Assembly (NCBI GenBank): GCA_965218095.1
Contig: OZ244587.1
Location: 5,216,001 to 5,280,000, forward strand
Length of the DNA: 64,000 nt
From: Candidatus Poribacteria bacterium
GTDB lineage: Bacteria; Poribacteria; WGA-4E; PCPOR2b
Direction of reading: 5' to 3'
The notes under the pieces were generated by a model. That model made no database searches and was not told where the DNA came from. It worked only from the letters and a program-made list of their open reading frames with translations. Below, piece after piece: positions 51,811 to 61,837 of this stretch. Made by a program: the position numbers and the translations under genes. Position 1 is the stretch's first letter; each line of letters starts with the position of its first letter.

Positions 51811-52656
51811 TCATTCGTCAAATAGATACGCCAACAACTGACCCCCATCCCGAAAATCAGAGATCAAAATGTCCGCTCCGGCGTGAATCAATCGATTGCG
51901 CTTGTCGGCGTTCATATTATAACGGTTGTTTTCCACTGATGCCACGCCGAGGGCAATTGCGTCGACAGCCTTTGCATTTTCGATCTCCACGACCCCATCT
52001 CCGACAACCAGAAACTCACTCCCACTCAGGTTGAAATCTTTGAGAATCTTCTGAATCATCATCGCCTTTGAAAAGTTTTTATACTCCCGCAGCGCTCCGA
52101 AGATGCCGCCGTCAAAGCAGGAGGCCACGCCTAGAAGCTCTGCTTCATGCTGAACAAACTCAACATCTGTCCCGCTGGCAAGGTAGAGCTTCACTCCGCG
52201 TCTCCGGAGTTTACCCAAGAACTCAAGCGACATCGGTATGCGCAGATCGCGGGCTTTAATCTCTCCACGTTCCAGTTTGGCGATGCGTTTATCCACAATG
52301 GGTAGGAGCAGGTTGTTATACAGGTCTTTATAGTCCAGTGGCGCTTTCGGGGCACCCCCACGTTTCTCGATCTCCTCGCACAGTTGGATTATCTGATAAA
52401 TTGTTTGCTTGCCGGTCAACCGATCCACGAAGTCAACGACGATCTGTTCCAATACTTCCGGTGTTTCATTTGTCGGGATTTCTTCAAGAAGAACATCAAC
52501 CATCATGGGTACCATGACGTTTTGCCAACCGTCACGAATCAGGGAGATCGTGCCATCGAAATCAAAAAGGGCGTGCTGGATCCTTCCCTTCCTGACTTCG
52601 TGGAGAATCTCAATCGATGTGTTCTCAAGGAAGTAACTTGTTTCTTGTGTCTCCAT
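51811..52656 (-). CDS. HAD-family hydrolase
   Basis: FDFDGT, LASGT, VGDG..EI. Confidence 0.88.
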   Translation of the reverse strand: METQETSYFLENTSIEILHEVRKGRIQHALFDFDGTISLIRDGWQNVMVPMMVDVLLEEIPTNETPEVLEQIVVDFVDRLTGKQTIYQIIQLCEEIEKRGGAPKAPLDYKDLYNNLLLPIVDKRIAKLERGEIKARDLRIPMSLEFLGKLRRRGVKLYLASGTDVEFVQHEAELLGVASCFDGGIFGALREYKNFSKAMMIQKILKDFNLSGSEFLVVGDGVVEIENAKAVDAIALGVASVENNRYNMNADKRNRLIHAGADILISDFRDGGQLLAYLFDE

Positions 52657-52709
52657 TCAGCCTTCCTTCTGACATAACTGTGATGAAGATGCAACGGAAA
52701 ATAGAAGGA

Positions 52710-52738
52710 TTGACAGCCTATCACGGGAGGGGTATACT
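52710..52738 (+). promoter_or_regulatory. Strong sigma70-like promoter facing the 3' end of recQ
   Basis: TTGACA-17-TATACT. Confidence 0.6.
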
Positions 52739-52808
52739 TAGTAGCGTGGAAGAGGAGAAGAAAACAGTAAGCAGAAAGGGATTGAGAGGAAACCAGAGAT
52801 GAAACAGC

Positions 52809-54710
52809 TTACGAACGAGCCGCGTCCGGCACGTTACAATCGAGCCGATAACTCGGATTGCACAGATCACAATTTCCGCAATAGTATTCCTCCTCGACCG
52901 CTTCGCCGAAATACCTCCGTACCAATCGCCCGCGACATCCTTCCGCAAGCGCATAGAGGTCGATCTGGTCAATTTGGCGACGTTTGCTGCGAAGGTAATC
53001 CTCAAACCCCATCTGATCCGCGGACATTGAGGCGAACAGATCGCTGTCTTGAAGTAACTCAATCAATACCAGATCTTCCGCCCCCCAATACCTCAAATAC
53101 CCTTCGCCTTGCAAGTCAATTAGCTGCTCCATGAGTCGGTCGGGACGGAGGTCGAACTCTCGACAAAAATCTAGGACGTGTAATTCCGATCGGGAGCGCA
53201 AGTGGCGTAGCAGAATCCGTTGTGATTCGTCGGCAATCCCCGCACTCTCAATAGGTTCAAATGAAGGTGTTCTCACCGAGAGTTTTGAAGGTACATTATA
53301 CAATCTCCGCAGGAAACCGAGTTTCTCCAAGTGGCTAATCCCGCCCCGAATTTTCCCTTCGTTGAAACTACTCAACCACTCTAACTCCTCCGCCGCAAAC
53401 ATCCGAAAGCTGCCAACTGAGGGGAAGGTTTCGATCAGCTTCAGGAGTTTGAGGAGATCTGGTTTATTTGGCGCGCTCTCCTTGATAAACCACTCATGCA
53501 ACTTTCGGTCGTCCGGGCAATAAAACAGGACACAGTGTGCAGCTTCGCCATCACGTCCAGCGCGTCCCGCTTCTTGATAGTACTGCTCCAGCGTGCCCGT
53601 CATTGTCCAATGAATGATATATCGGATGTTGGATTTGTCAATTCCCATCCCGAACGCATTGGTGGCAACAACCAGATCAAGTCCAGCAGGACCATCGTCA
53701 AAGAACCGATCTTGTACCCGTTTACGCTCAAAATCTTCGCGCCCGGCGTGATAAAAATCGACACGGTGCCCACGCCTCTTTAGGTACAACGCAATCTCCT
53801 CAGTCTCCCGCCGACGTCCGGCGTACACAATCCCCTTGCCCGTTAGCCGCTGCAGGTGTTCATCAAGATGCGGATATTTTTCGGCATCCCCCGAAACTTC
53901 GCAAACGCTGAATTTCAGGTTGGAACGTTCAATACCACGGGTGAAAGTCTGGGGCGGTTGAATTTCTAAGTGATCCAGAATGTCTTCCCGTACATCAAGG
54001 GTTGCCGTTGCTGTGAACAGAGCAATTGAACTCGGATGCAATTCACGAATGGCGTCACGGAGCGCGAGGTAGGAAGGACGGAAATCGTGTCCCCATTGAG
54101 AGATACAGTGGGCTTCGTCAATCACAAACAGGGAGATCTGGTGTGAATCAAGCAGGTTCAGAAATCGACGACTACGAAAACGCTCTGGAGCGATATAGAG
54201 CAGCTTGATTTCCCTACGTTCTAAGCGTTCCAATTCCGTACGGTACTCCTCCCAACTCAGACTACTGTTGAGCAGTGCCACCGCATAAATCCCTTGCTCA
54301 CGTAACGCATCAACCTGATCTTTCATCAAAGAAATCAGTGGAGAAACAATCACAGTCACCCCTGGTAGCATCAACGCCGGCAACTGATAGCAGAGTGATT
54401 TTCCGTAGCCGGTTGGGAAGGACACGAGAATATTCTCTCCAACCAGAATTTTTTCTATAACTTCATGCTGCCCCTCCCGGAAGGCAGAATGACCAAAATG
54501 CTGTTTGAGTGCTGCCAGCAATTCATCCGTGATTTCATCAGGCGCAGCGCTATCATTCTCTGAAACCGAGGGGGATTTTGGCGTCTCACCTGGTGCGTCG
54601 AGTAGTTGATCTATGTTCTGAAGGAGCGCTTGTAAATCTTTCATCTCGGAAACAAAATAGGCATCCTCTAGGCAACTTCCACCGGAGGTGCCTGTATGTA
54701 GGCGACACAT
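52809..54710 (-). CDS. recQ: RecQ-family ATP-dependent DNA helicase
   Basis: PTGYGKSLCYQ, IDEAHCISQWGHDFRP, YQEAGRAGRDG, C..CGNCDLC. Confidence 0.92.
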   Translation of the reverse strand: MCRLHTGTSGGSCLEDAYFVSEMKDLQALLQNIDQLLDAPGETPKSPSVSENDSAAPDEITDELLAALKQHFGHSAFREGQHEVIEKILVGENILVSFPTGYGKSLCYQLPALMLPGVTVIVSPLISLMKDQVDALREQGIYAVALLNSSLSWEEYRTELERLERREIKLLYIAPERFRSRRFLNLLDSHQISLFVIDEAHCISQWGHDFRPSYLALRDAIRELHPSSIALFTATATLDVREDILDHLEIQPPQTFTRGIERSNLKFSVCEVSGDAEKYPHLDEHLQRLTGKGIVYAGRRRETEEIALYLKRRGHRVDFYHAGREDFERKRVQDRFFDDGPAGLDLVVATNAFGMGIDKSNIRYIIHWTMTGTLEQYYQEAGRAGRDGEAAHCVLFYCPDDRKLHEWFIKESAPNKPDLLKLLKLIETFPSVGSFRMFAAEELEWLSSFNEGKIRGGISHLEKLGFLRRLYNVPSKLSVRTPSFEPIESAGIADESQRILLRHLRSRSELHVLDFCREFDLRPDRLMEQLIDLQGEGYLRYWGAEDLVLIELLQDSDLFASMSADQMGFEDYLRSKRRQIDQIDLYALAEGCRGRLVRRYFGEAVEEEYYCGNCDLCNPSYRLDCNVPDAARS

Positions 54711-54727
54711 GATTCGGTTTTTCGTGC

Positions 54728-55426
54728 CTAGTCTTTGAATCGAAAGCGGATAATATGAAACAGCGCCGCAACCCCATCTTTCCAGCTTACCTTTTTCCCT
54801 TGAGCATAATCCCGTCCTCTGTAGTTAATGGGCATCTCAAGAACGCGGCATTTGCGTTTGGCAAGCTTGGCTGTGATTTCCGGCTCGAACCCAAATCGAT
54901 CCGAACGCAACGGTATCTCACGCAAAATCGGAGTTTTTATCACTTTGTAGCACGTTTCCATGTCGGTGAGGTCTAAACGAGTGAAGAGATTGGAAAGAAA
55001 AGTCAAGAATTTATTCGCGGCATAGCTCAACAGCAGCGCCCGCTGCCTTCCCACTGTGAACCGAGACCCGTACACAGCATCCGCCTCCCCAGCTAAAATA
55101 GGTTGAATCAGCCTGGGGTAATCCTGGGGGTCGTACTCCAAATCGGCATCCTGGATGATCGTTATATCCCCAGTCACATGATGAAACCCAGTTCGCAGTG
55201 CGGCGCCCTTTCCCCGGTTAGACTCATGGTGAAACACGCGAATTGATTCATCGCCGGACGCTTCAATTTTCTTGAGCATCCTACGGGTCCCATCCGTTGA
55301 GTAGTCGTCCACTAAGATGATCTCCTTTTCAATCCCGACATTGACAGCTTTAACCTGCCGGAGCATTTCATCCAGCGTGTCGATTTCATTATAGACAGGA
55401 ATAACGATTGATAGCTTATGTCCCAT
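54728..55426 (-). CDS. Glycosyltransferase family 2 (DPM1-like)
   Basis: SIVIPVYNE, VDDYSTDGT, NRGKG, QDADLEYDP, FGFEPE. Confidence 0.92.
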   Translation of the reverse strand: MGHKLSIVIPVYNEIDTLDEMLRQVKAVNVGIEKEIILVDDYSTDGTRRMLKKIEASGDESIRVFHHESNRGKGAALRTGFHHVTGDITIIQDADLEYDPQDYPRLIQPILAGEADAVYGSRFTVGRQRALLLSYAANKFLTFLSNLFTRLDLTDMETCYKVIKTPILREIPLRSDRFGFEPEITAKLAKRKCRVLEMPINYRGRDYAQGKKVSWKDGVAALFHIIRFRFKD

Positions 55427-55578
55427 GCAAAATCCCTCATCTGCTTGCTGCTGTTGATTCAATGGCAGACACAGCGCTTATCACATGGATAGCATAACAT
55501 ATATGCCAAATCGAATCAAGCCCCTTTGTGCATAATGGTATGTTTCAGGAAGTTATTGTGAGGGCTCTTGCAACCCAG

Positions 55579-56223
55579 CTAGGGATTTAACGCCCACTCA
55601 AGTTGTTCATTTTTCAAATACGGGAGTAGAAGGGTTTGAAGACGTTGATGGGCATGGTGGAGATGGGCTTTGATTGTACCTTCAGATCTGTCCAATCGTG
55701 CGGCAATCTCTTTCAATTGGAGCCCTTCTTGATATCGAAGATTAAAAACACGTTGCTGTCCGGGCGGAAGTTGGCGTACAGCTTGACCAATGATCTGCCC
55801 AAGTTCCTTGGTCTCTACCTGATCCGGCGGTAGTGGACTTGCATCGTTAAACGCTGCCTCATCATTGCCCCCTGCGGTCAGGTCCTCCAGTGATAAAGTT
55901 CGTCCACGGTTTTGTTGACGAATGAAGTCAATGCAGAGGTTAATGGCAATCCGATAGAGCCAACTATAGAATGCCGATTGCCGCTTGAAATGAGGTAGGG
56001 CGCGAAAGGCTTTGATAAAGACCTCTTGAGAGAGGTCTCTCGCGGTTTCAGAATTGGGGACGTATTTATAAGCTAAATTATAGATTTTCGCCTGATATTT
56101 AATTACAAGCTCATTAAAAACTTCTTTTTCACCATTCTGGAACCGTTCGACGAGTTCTCCCTCATCAGTAGACGGAGAAGTGTGGGTTGAACGCGCCGGT
56201 AAAGTATAACTGCATTTAGCCAT
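55579..56223 (-). CDS. ECF-type sigma-70 factor (RpoE-like)
   Basis: DLSQEVFIKAF, FYSWLYRIAIN, EIAA..GTIKAHLH. Confidence 0.92.
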   Translation of the reverse strand: MAKCSYTLPARSTHTSPSTDEGELVERFQNGEKEVFNELVIKYQAKIYNLAYKYVPNSETARDLSQEVFIKAFRALPHFKRQSAFYSWLYRIAINLCIDFIRQQNRGRTLSLEDLTAGGNDEAAFNDASPLPPDQVETKELGQIIGQAVRQLPPGQQRVFNLRYQEGLQLKEIAARLDRSEGTIKAHLHHAHQRLQTLLLPYLKNEQLEWALNP

Positions 56224-56354
56224 GCGGCTTTCTCCTTTTCGGTGGGGGATGGTCGATGCGTGAAAGTTCGGAGATCTGGCGCAAAGTAGACGTGAATCTT
56301 TTTATAATACACCGACCTCCATCAAATTGTTCCATATTCCTTATGCACGAACTA

Positions 56355-57173
56355 GGTTCTGTTGACATTTGAGTATAAGGTTGTGGCATATAGAAGAATG
56401 ACGCCAATAACCTTACCTGATGAACAATGGAATAAGATATACCGGTTTCTTCTAAGCTGTCCCACCATCTATGTTGGCGACGAAGCTGCTACACGCCGCT
56501 TCGTCGAAGCCGTCCTGTGGGTGACTCGTAGTGGCGCTCAATGGAGACTTCTACCAGACACCTATGGCAAATGGAACACCCGCTACAAGCGGTTTGCTCG
56601 ATGGTGCGACAAAGGTATCTTCACACAGATGCACCCCCACTTCGCCTCTGACCCCGATATCGAGTCGCTTATTGTGGACAGTACCATCTGCCGCGCTCAC
56701 CCGTGTGCGGCGGGCGCCTTAAAAAAAAGGGTGGCACTGAAAACCAAGCATTAGGTCGGTCTCGGGGCGGTTTCAGTACAAAAATTCACATCACAGTTAA
56801 CGGACTAGGCAATCCCCTAAGAATTCATCTGACCCCCGGTCAGAGACATGACATAACTGAGGCGGAAGGGTTGATAATCGGATATAACAGTGAATATGTG
56901 ATTGGAGACAAGGGGTACGATTCGGACGCTTTTATCACGGTTATTGAGGCGAATGGAGCGATTGCGGTGATACCGCCCAAAAGTCATCGTGTTGACCAAA
57001 GAACGTATGACAAACGCTTATACAAAGAGAGACATCGGGTTGAATGTTTCATCAACAAGATAAAATGGTATCGTCGTATCTTCTCTCGGTTTGAGAAGCT
57101 AGCTGTCCGTTATTTTGGATTTCTCAGCTTTGTCGCCACTCTTATATGGCTCCCTTGAAATGTCAACAGAACC
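56355..57173 (+). mobile_element. IS5-family element copy 3 (apparently intact, two overlapping ORFs)
   Basis: Same TIRs and TA duplication; OrfA/OrfB overlap at A8 run (about 56721). Confidence 0.92.
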
Positions 57174-57816
57174 TAATAACATTGCTCAAGGATGTTTTCA
57201 ATGACGTTGATATCTGCTTGGTCAGCCGGTGCAACCGCCGTCGCCAGTGGCAGTCGGTGATTTTTATCGGCGTCATAAGCAAAAATGGTATGCTTGCGAT
57301 ACCCCACAAACTTATCCTTCTTTGTCAACGTTGGTCTTTGCCAACTGATTTGCACATCAGAATCGGAGAAATGTTTAGGGCAGTCGCATCCCTGTTGACA
57401 GTCACAGTTTTGCAACGGTTCGGTCGAAGCCTCAATCTCTAGAGAAGTGAGGATGTCACAGTGAAATTGTTGTGCTATTTCACCAGTCAGATGGTACTTT
57501 CTAAACAACGACAGGTATGAGGCTGTAAACTCAACCCCTTCCGACAGAACTGTTGGTAATCAGCGTCCTTATTGACTTGTCTGGGGAGTTCGTTAAACGA
57601 AATGATGTCTCGTTTGAGGAAGTAGAGCAAATGCGTTTTGTAACCAATAATGGGGTCGATTGGTGGTCTGCCAAACCCACTTTGGCAACTTTTATAGCTT
57701 TGTGTCAATCTCTGGCGAATCTGCTCTTCGTCGAACAAAACCTCGATTTTTGCCAACTGCAAATCCTGGTATTGATAATCAGGATCAACCTTTCCGTAAC
57801 GAAAACGTAATTCCAT
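57174..57816 (-). mobile_element. Degraded transposase (IS5/IS1182-like), truncated by IS5 copy 3
   Basis: GRPPIDP..FC; GYRKH..PLA..VAPA..D; frameshifted. Confidence 0.65.
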
Positions 57817-57846
57817 AGAGGCATCTCCTGAGTATGTTTGAATTAC

Positions 57847-58872
57847 TTAAGCGCCTAACTCCTCATTATACGCAAACAGCGCAGGTGTGCCTCCGGTATG
57901 CAGGAAAATTACCGTTTCATCAGAAGAGATTCTACCCTTTCGGATATGATCAATCAAGCCTGCAAATGCCTTGCTCGTGTAGGACGGATCCAGGAAAATC
58001 CCTTCCGTTTGCGCGACCAATTTTAAGGCTGTAATGCATTCGGGTGTCAACACGCCATAGGCTTCGCCGACGTAATCGGCGGTGTTACACACGTCGTCAT
58101 CGTGGATGTGGAGCTCGAGATCCAAAATCTGCGCCGCGTTGTTCGCCGCGATTCGGATGCGCTCGATCCGATCATCCCAGCCAATCGGCGCGAGCCCAAA
58201 AGGCTTTAGCTTCATGCCCAACGCCTTTGATCCGAGGATTAACCCCGCCTGTGTTCCGCCCGCTGAAGCTGCATAGATCCAGTCCGCCTCAATCCCCATT
58301 GCTTCCTGCTGTTCGTGGATCTCGGCGATGCACCACGAAAAGGCAACCGCAGCGAGGGCTGTCGATCTTGGGGCAGCGATGACGTAGGGCTTGAGGCCTT
58401 GCTTCTTCAAATCTTCAGCGAGGGCGTACTTGATTGCATCAAGTTCAGCGCCCATCACCGCATCGACGAATTCAACGTCTGCGCCAGCCAAACCATCCAG
58501 CAGCACATTCCCTTGGATCATGCTTTTGTGGTCACGGATGAGTCGCAGATAGCATTTCAACCCAAGCTTCGCAGCGGCAGCAGCGGCTTGCCGACAGTGG
58601 TTCGATTGTGATGCCGCACCCTGAATGATCGTGTCCGCTCCCTGATCTACGGCTTCACCGACCGTGAAAGTCAACTGGCGTACCTTATTTCCGCCAAACG
58701 CAAGCCCTGAACAGTCTTCGCGTTTGATGAGAATACGCGGACCGCCCAATGCCTCAGATAGACGTGGACAGTCCTCTAAAGGAGTTGGAAAATGCCCGAT
58801 TTCCACTTGAGGCTGTTGGTTTATTTTTTGACGAAGTTCTTCTCTGGTAACGATGGCATTTGATGGATTCAT
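57847..58872 (-). CDS. D-cysteine desulfhydrase / ACC deaminase family PLP enzyme
   Basis: PTPL, IKRED.SGLAFGGNKVR, QSNH, LDPSYTSK, FLHTGG. Confidence 0.9.
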   Translation of the reverse strand: MNPSNAIVTREELRQKINQQPQVEIGHFPTPLEDCPRLSEALGGPRILIKREDCSGLAFGGNKVRQLTFTVGEAVDQGADTIIQGAASQSNHCRQAAAAAAKLGLKCYLRLIRDHKSMIQGNVLLDGLAGADVEFVDAVMGAELDAIKYALAEDLKKQGLKPYVIAAPRSTALAAVAFSWCIAEIHEQQEAMGIEADWIYAASAGGTQAGLILGSKALGMKLKPFGLAPIGWDDRIERIRIAANNAAQILDLELHIHDDDVCNTADYVGEAYGVLTPECITALKLVAQTEGIFLDPSYTSKAFAGLIDHIRKGRISSDETVIFLHTGGTPALFAYNEELGA

Positions 58873-58915
58873 GGATGCTCCTTCTTCTAGCTATAGGCTA
58901 TATGACTGTTCATCC

Positions 58916-59299
58916 TTACGGAGTAAGTAACTCTCTCAGCAAATTCGTCAGCTCTTCGTTTCCTGAAGCCAACTCAAGAGCGCGTTTTATTTTATCCTCC
59001 CGGCTGCTTTCGTGTGTTGCACCGCCCGGCTCCCAAATGACTTCCAATTGCCTTGGGTTCAGACGATCATAGTTGACTTTCACAATGGCGAATGGGTAAT
59101 TGTCCGGCACCAGTATGATCCAATCAACTGTCTCGCCTCGGTCCGAATATTGCCGATGCGTCTTCAGACGTCGATCTTGATGTGGAACATTCTGTTTAAT
59201 CCACTGTTTGCGCTCAAACTGATCTGTTTCATAATGGCCAACTTCTAGCCAATTACGCCCTGCGCCATTCGGTTTGGTTGTGACATTAATCTGTGGCAT
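58916..59299 (-). CDS. Hypothetical protein
   Basis: GGAGG RBS then MPQINV...; 127 aa, no recognised family. Confidence 0.55.
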   Translation of the reverse strand: MPQINVTTKPNGAGRNWLEVGHYETDQFERKQWIKQNVPHQDRRLKTHRQYSDRGETVDWIILVPDNYPFAIVKVNYDRLNPRQLEVIWEPGGATHESSREDKIKRALELASGNEELTNLLRELLTP

Positions 59300-59318
59300 C
59301 GCTTGGGCACCTCCCTTC

Positions 59319-60335
59319 CTATTCAGATTTTTTGATTTGAACTGAAGAACCAGTTTTGTGGCTATCGGCAATCGCTTGGCAGATCTGCATCATCTCACAG
59401 GCATCGGCGAGGCTGGCATGGGGTTGTTTGCCGGCAATGATGGATCTGGCGAAATGCTCCAGTTCTTCGAGGTAGCCATGGCGACCGTAGCCGCGGTAGT
59501 GCGTTCCTTGATTCCATTCCTGTGTTGGGAAATCACGATAGCCTCCACTTCCTGACCACGTATCTGGCTTAAGATACTGAATTCGTTGCATATTGTGCAC
59601 CTGGATGACATGCCCGCTATCGCCGGCAACCATCACCAGCGTTTCCACTGTCGGTGCGCCGGCAACCATATTCAGCGTGCCAACCGCTCCGTTTGCAAAC
59701 TGTAGAGATACCGCGAACACCATTCGCCCGTCCGCTCCAAAATGTTCAAGGGCGAGAAGTTGCGTCACGTCGCCTACCAGATACTGCATGCAATCCACAA
59801 TATGAACGCCCTGATCTAGAAGGAACGCCCACTCCAGCGTTTCGTGGGCGCCCCTTGGGCTCGGCGCAAGATAACGCCCCTCAAATAGGATTGGATCGCC
59901 GAATTCCGCTTGCTCAATAATCTGCTTCGCCATGCGGTGTGCAGGTGCGTGCCGCCACATCGTTGCAACCATGCCAAATTTCCCCGTGCTTTCCGAGGTT
60001 TCACGGAGGCGCTCGGCGTCTTCGACATTGACAGCAGGTGGCTTTTCAATGAAAACGTGCTTCCCCAATTCCATGCAAGCGATCGCCAGGTCGGTGTGCA
60101 TGATTTTGGGATGTCCAACAACTGCAACGGCATCCAGATCTTCGGTAGTAATCATCTCTCGATAATCCGTGTACCACCGCTTGGCGCCAAAGCACTTGGC
60201 GTTGCTTTCAGCCCTCTCGATTTCTAGATCACAGGTTGCAACGAAGTCGATTTCGCGGATTAACGGAATACAGGGCTGGAGATTTCTGGTCGCATGTGTC
60301 CCACAACCGATAAAACCCAATTTAACTTGTGCCAT
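59319..60335 (-). CDS. Gfo/Idh/MocA oxidoreductase
   Basis: GFIGCG, HVFIEKP, LLDQGVH. Confidence 0.9.
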   Translation of the reverse strand: MAQVKLGFIGCGTHATRNLQPCIPLIREIDFVATCDLEIERAESNAKCFGAKRWYTDYREMITTEDLDAVAVVGHPKIMHTDLAIACMELGKHVFIEKPPAVNVEDAERLRETSESTGKFGMVATMWRHAPAHRMAKQIIEQAEFGDPILFEGRYLAPSPRGAHETLEWAFLLDQGVHIVDCMQYLVGDVTQLLALEHFGADGRMVFAVSLQFANGAVGTLNMVAGAPTVETLVMVAGDSGHVIQVHNMQRIQYLKPDTWSGSGGYRDFPTQEWNQGTHYRGYGRHGYLEELEHFARSIIAGKQPHASLADACEMMQICQAIADSHKTGSSVQIKKSE

Positions 60336-60369
60336 GAAGATTTCCCTCTATTATATTATTTTCAATCCT

Positions 60370-60590
60370 CTATGCGGCGCCATTGAGTCCCAAATCTGCT
60401 AACGACTCTACTGTTAGGACATTCGTGGCAAGGGCTGTCAACGCTTCCTGAGATTTGATTGCCTGGATTCTATCTATGGTTACTTGCGGAAGTTCCCCAA
60501 ATTTGGCTTGCAATTGCTGCAAAAGAATGACATGCATCCCTTGCTGAAGTCCTTGTTGAATTGCTTCTTGTTTGAGTTTTCCATAGTAAC
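60370..60590 (-). pseudogene. DUF4351/Rpn-like C-terminal fragment
   Basis: YY..QQGLQQG..LLQQLQAKFGELP..I..L..LA..VL..SLADL. Confidence 0.65.
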
Positions 60591-61243
60591 GACCCGATTC
60601 GTCCATTTTTCCAAAGCCCGGTCACAACATCGGCGTCATCATTCGAGACAACCCAAACTGCTTCACAGCCTGGCCCCATCAGCGCATACAAGGTTTCTAC
60701 ACCGTGGAGGCCGTAGTGAAATAACCCCGGGTTGTGTGGATGGAGCGGCGCAGGCGAGCAAACCTCCATGTCAAGAATCTCCCCGATTTCCCTTATCTTT
60801 TCTTGAATTTCAACGACCTCTAAACCGTAACGCAACGATGAGGAGGTGAAGATTGGAACATTTTTCGATTGGGCGAGGCCCGCTAAAGCCTTCGCCTGTT
60901 CTAAAGAGCAGGTAAAGGGCTTATCCACAAATACGGGCAATCCCGCTTCCAGAAACGGTGCAGTGCGATCATAGTGGAAGCTGCCCTCGACCGACTCGAT
61001 GAGTACCGCATCGATCTGCCCAATCATCTCATCCGGTTTGTCGACCAATGACACACCGTATCCCTGCATCTGCTTTGTGTAGACGAGGATGCATTCAGGC
61101 GACAGAAGCGAATCCCCTGGACAGCCGAGAACAACTTTTGCCCCATCAACCTACTGTTCTTCGCTCACGTCCACATAGTTCAAACGTCGTGTGAATTCAA
61201 CCACATGGGATGTATCAAAATCAACGATTCCGAGACGGATCAT
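60591..61243 (-). pseudogene. Gfo/Idh/MocA oxidoreductase, internal TAG (61151-53), 3' end deleted
   Basis: MIRLGIVDFDTSHVVEF..EQ*VDGAKVV..VFVDKPF..SSSLRY..YGLHGVE; fused to DUF4351 remnant. Confidence 0.75.
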
Positions 61244-61754
61244 TTATCCCTCCAACTCCGTGCTATCATGAAATGACTCAAACCACACGGACAATCATAA
61301 TACTGCATTTTCACCGATTTTGTGGTGTTTTGTCAAGGCATTTTTTCCACTGGCTCAAACTTTCAGCAACATTTCTTTGCCCTCGCCGAGCGAAGCTGTC
61401 AGAACAGCGGAGGCAGATTGGGTGGGATGGCTACCCATCGTCGGATTTTTCGAATCCGATCTATTTCCCGCTTCGCTATAATTTACTAAGCTTTGGACAA
61501 TTTTACCCTCACCAAAATCAGTAATAGCAAGGGTTGTGGATTTTAATCAGAGTTCATAAAATCTCTCGACTCACACAAAATTCTCCCCAATTGTCGGAGG
61601 AATGCAGGTGTCTGATTTTGGGGATTTGTCTGACCAATCTGTCACTATTGATACCGCAGATGGCTCCAAGCGAAGTCTCTTCTCACTTTAGACACTTTAG
61701 TACACTGTCCAAACTTTAGTATAATTTAGGGGAGATTGTTATCTGAAAAAAGAC

Positions 61755-61783
61755 TTGCACGAAATACGGATCTCGTTTATAAT
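61755..61783 (+). promoter_or_regulatory. sigma70 promoter for larA-like gene
   Basis: TTGCAC-17-TATAAT. Confidence 0.7.
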
Positions 61784-61837
61784 GGTAGTGTATGTATGAA
61801 GGATTCAGGCTTGGGTGTTAAAAAGAGGTGAATTTTA

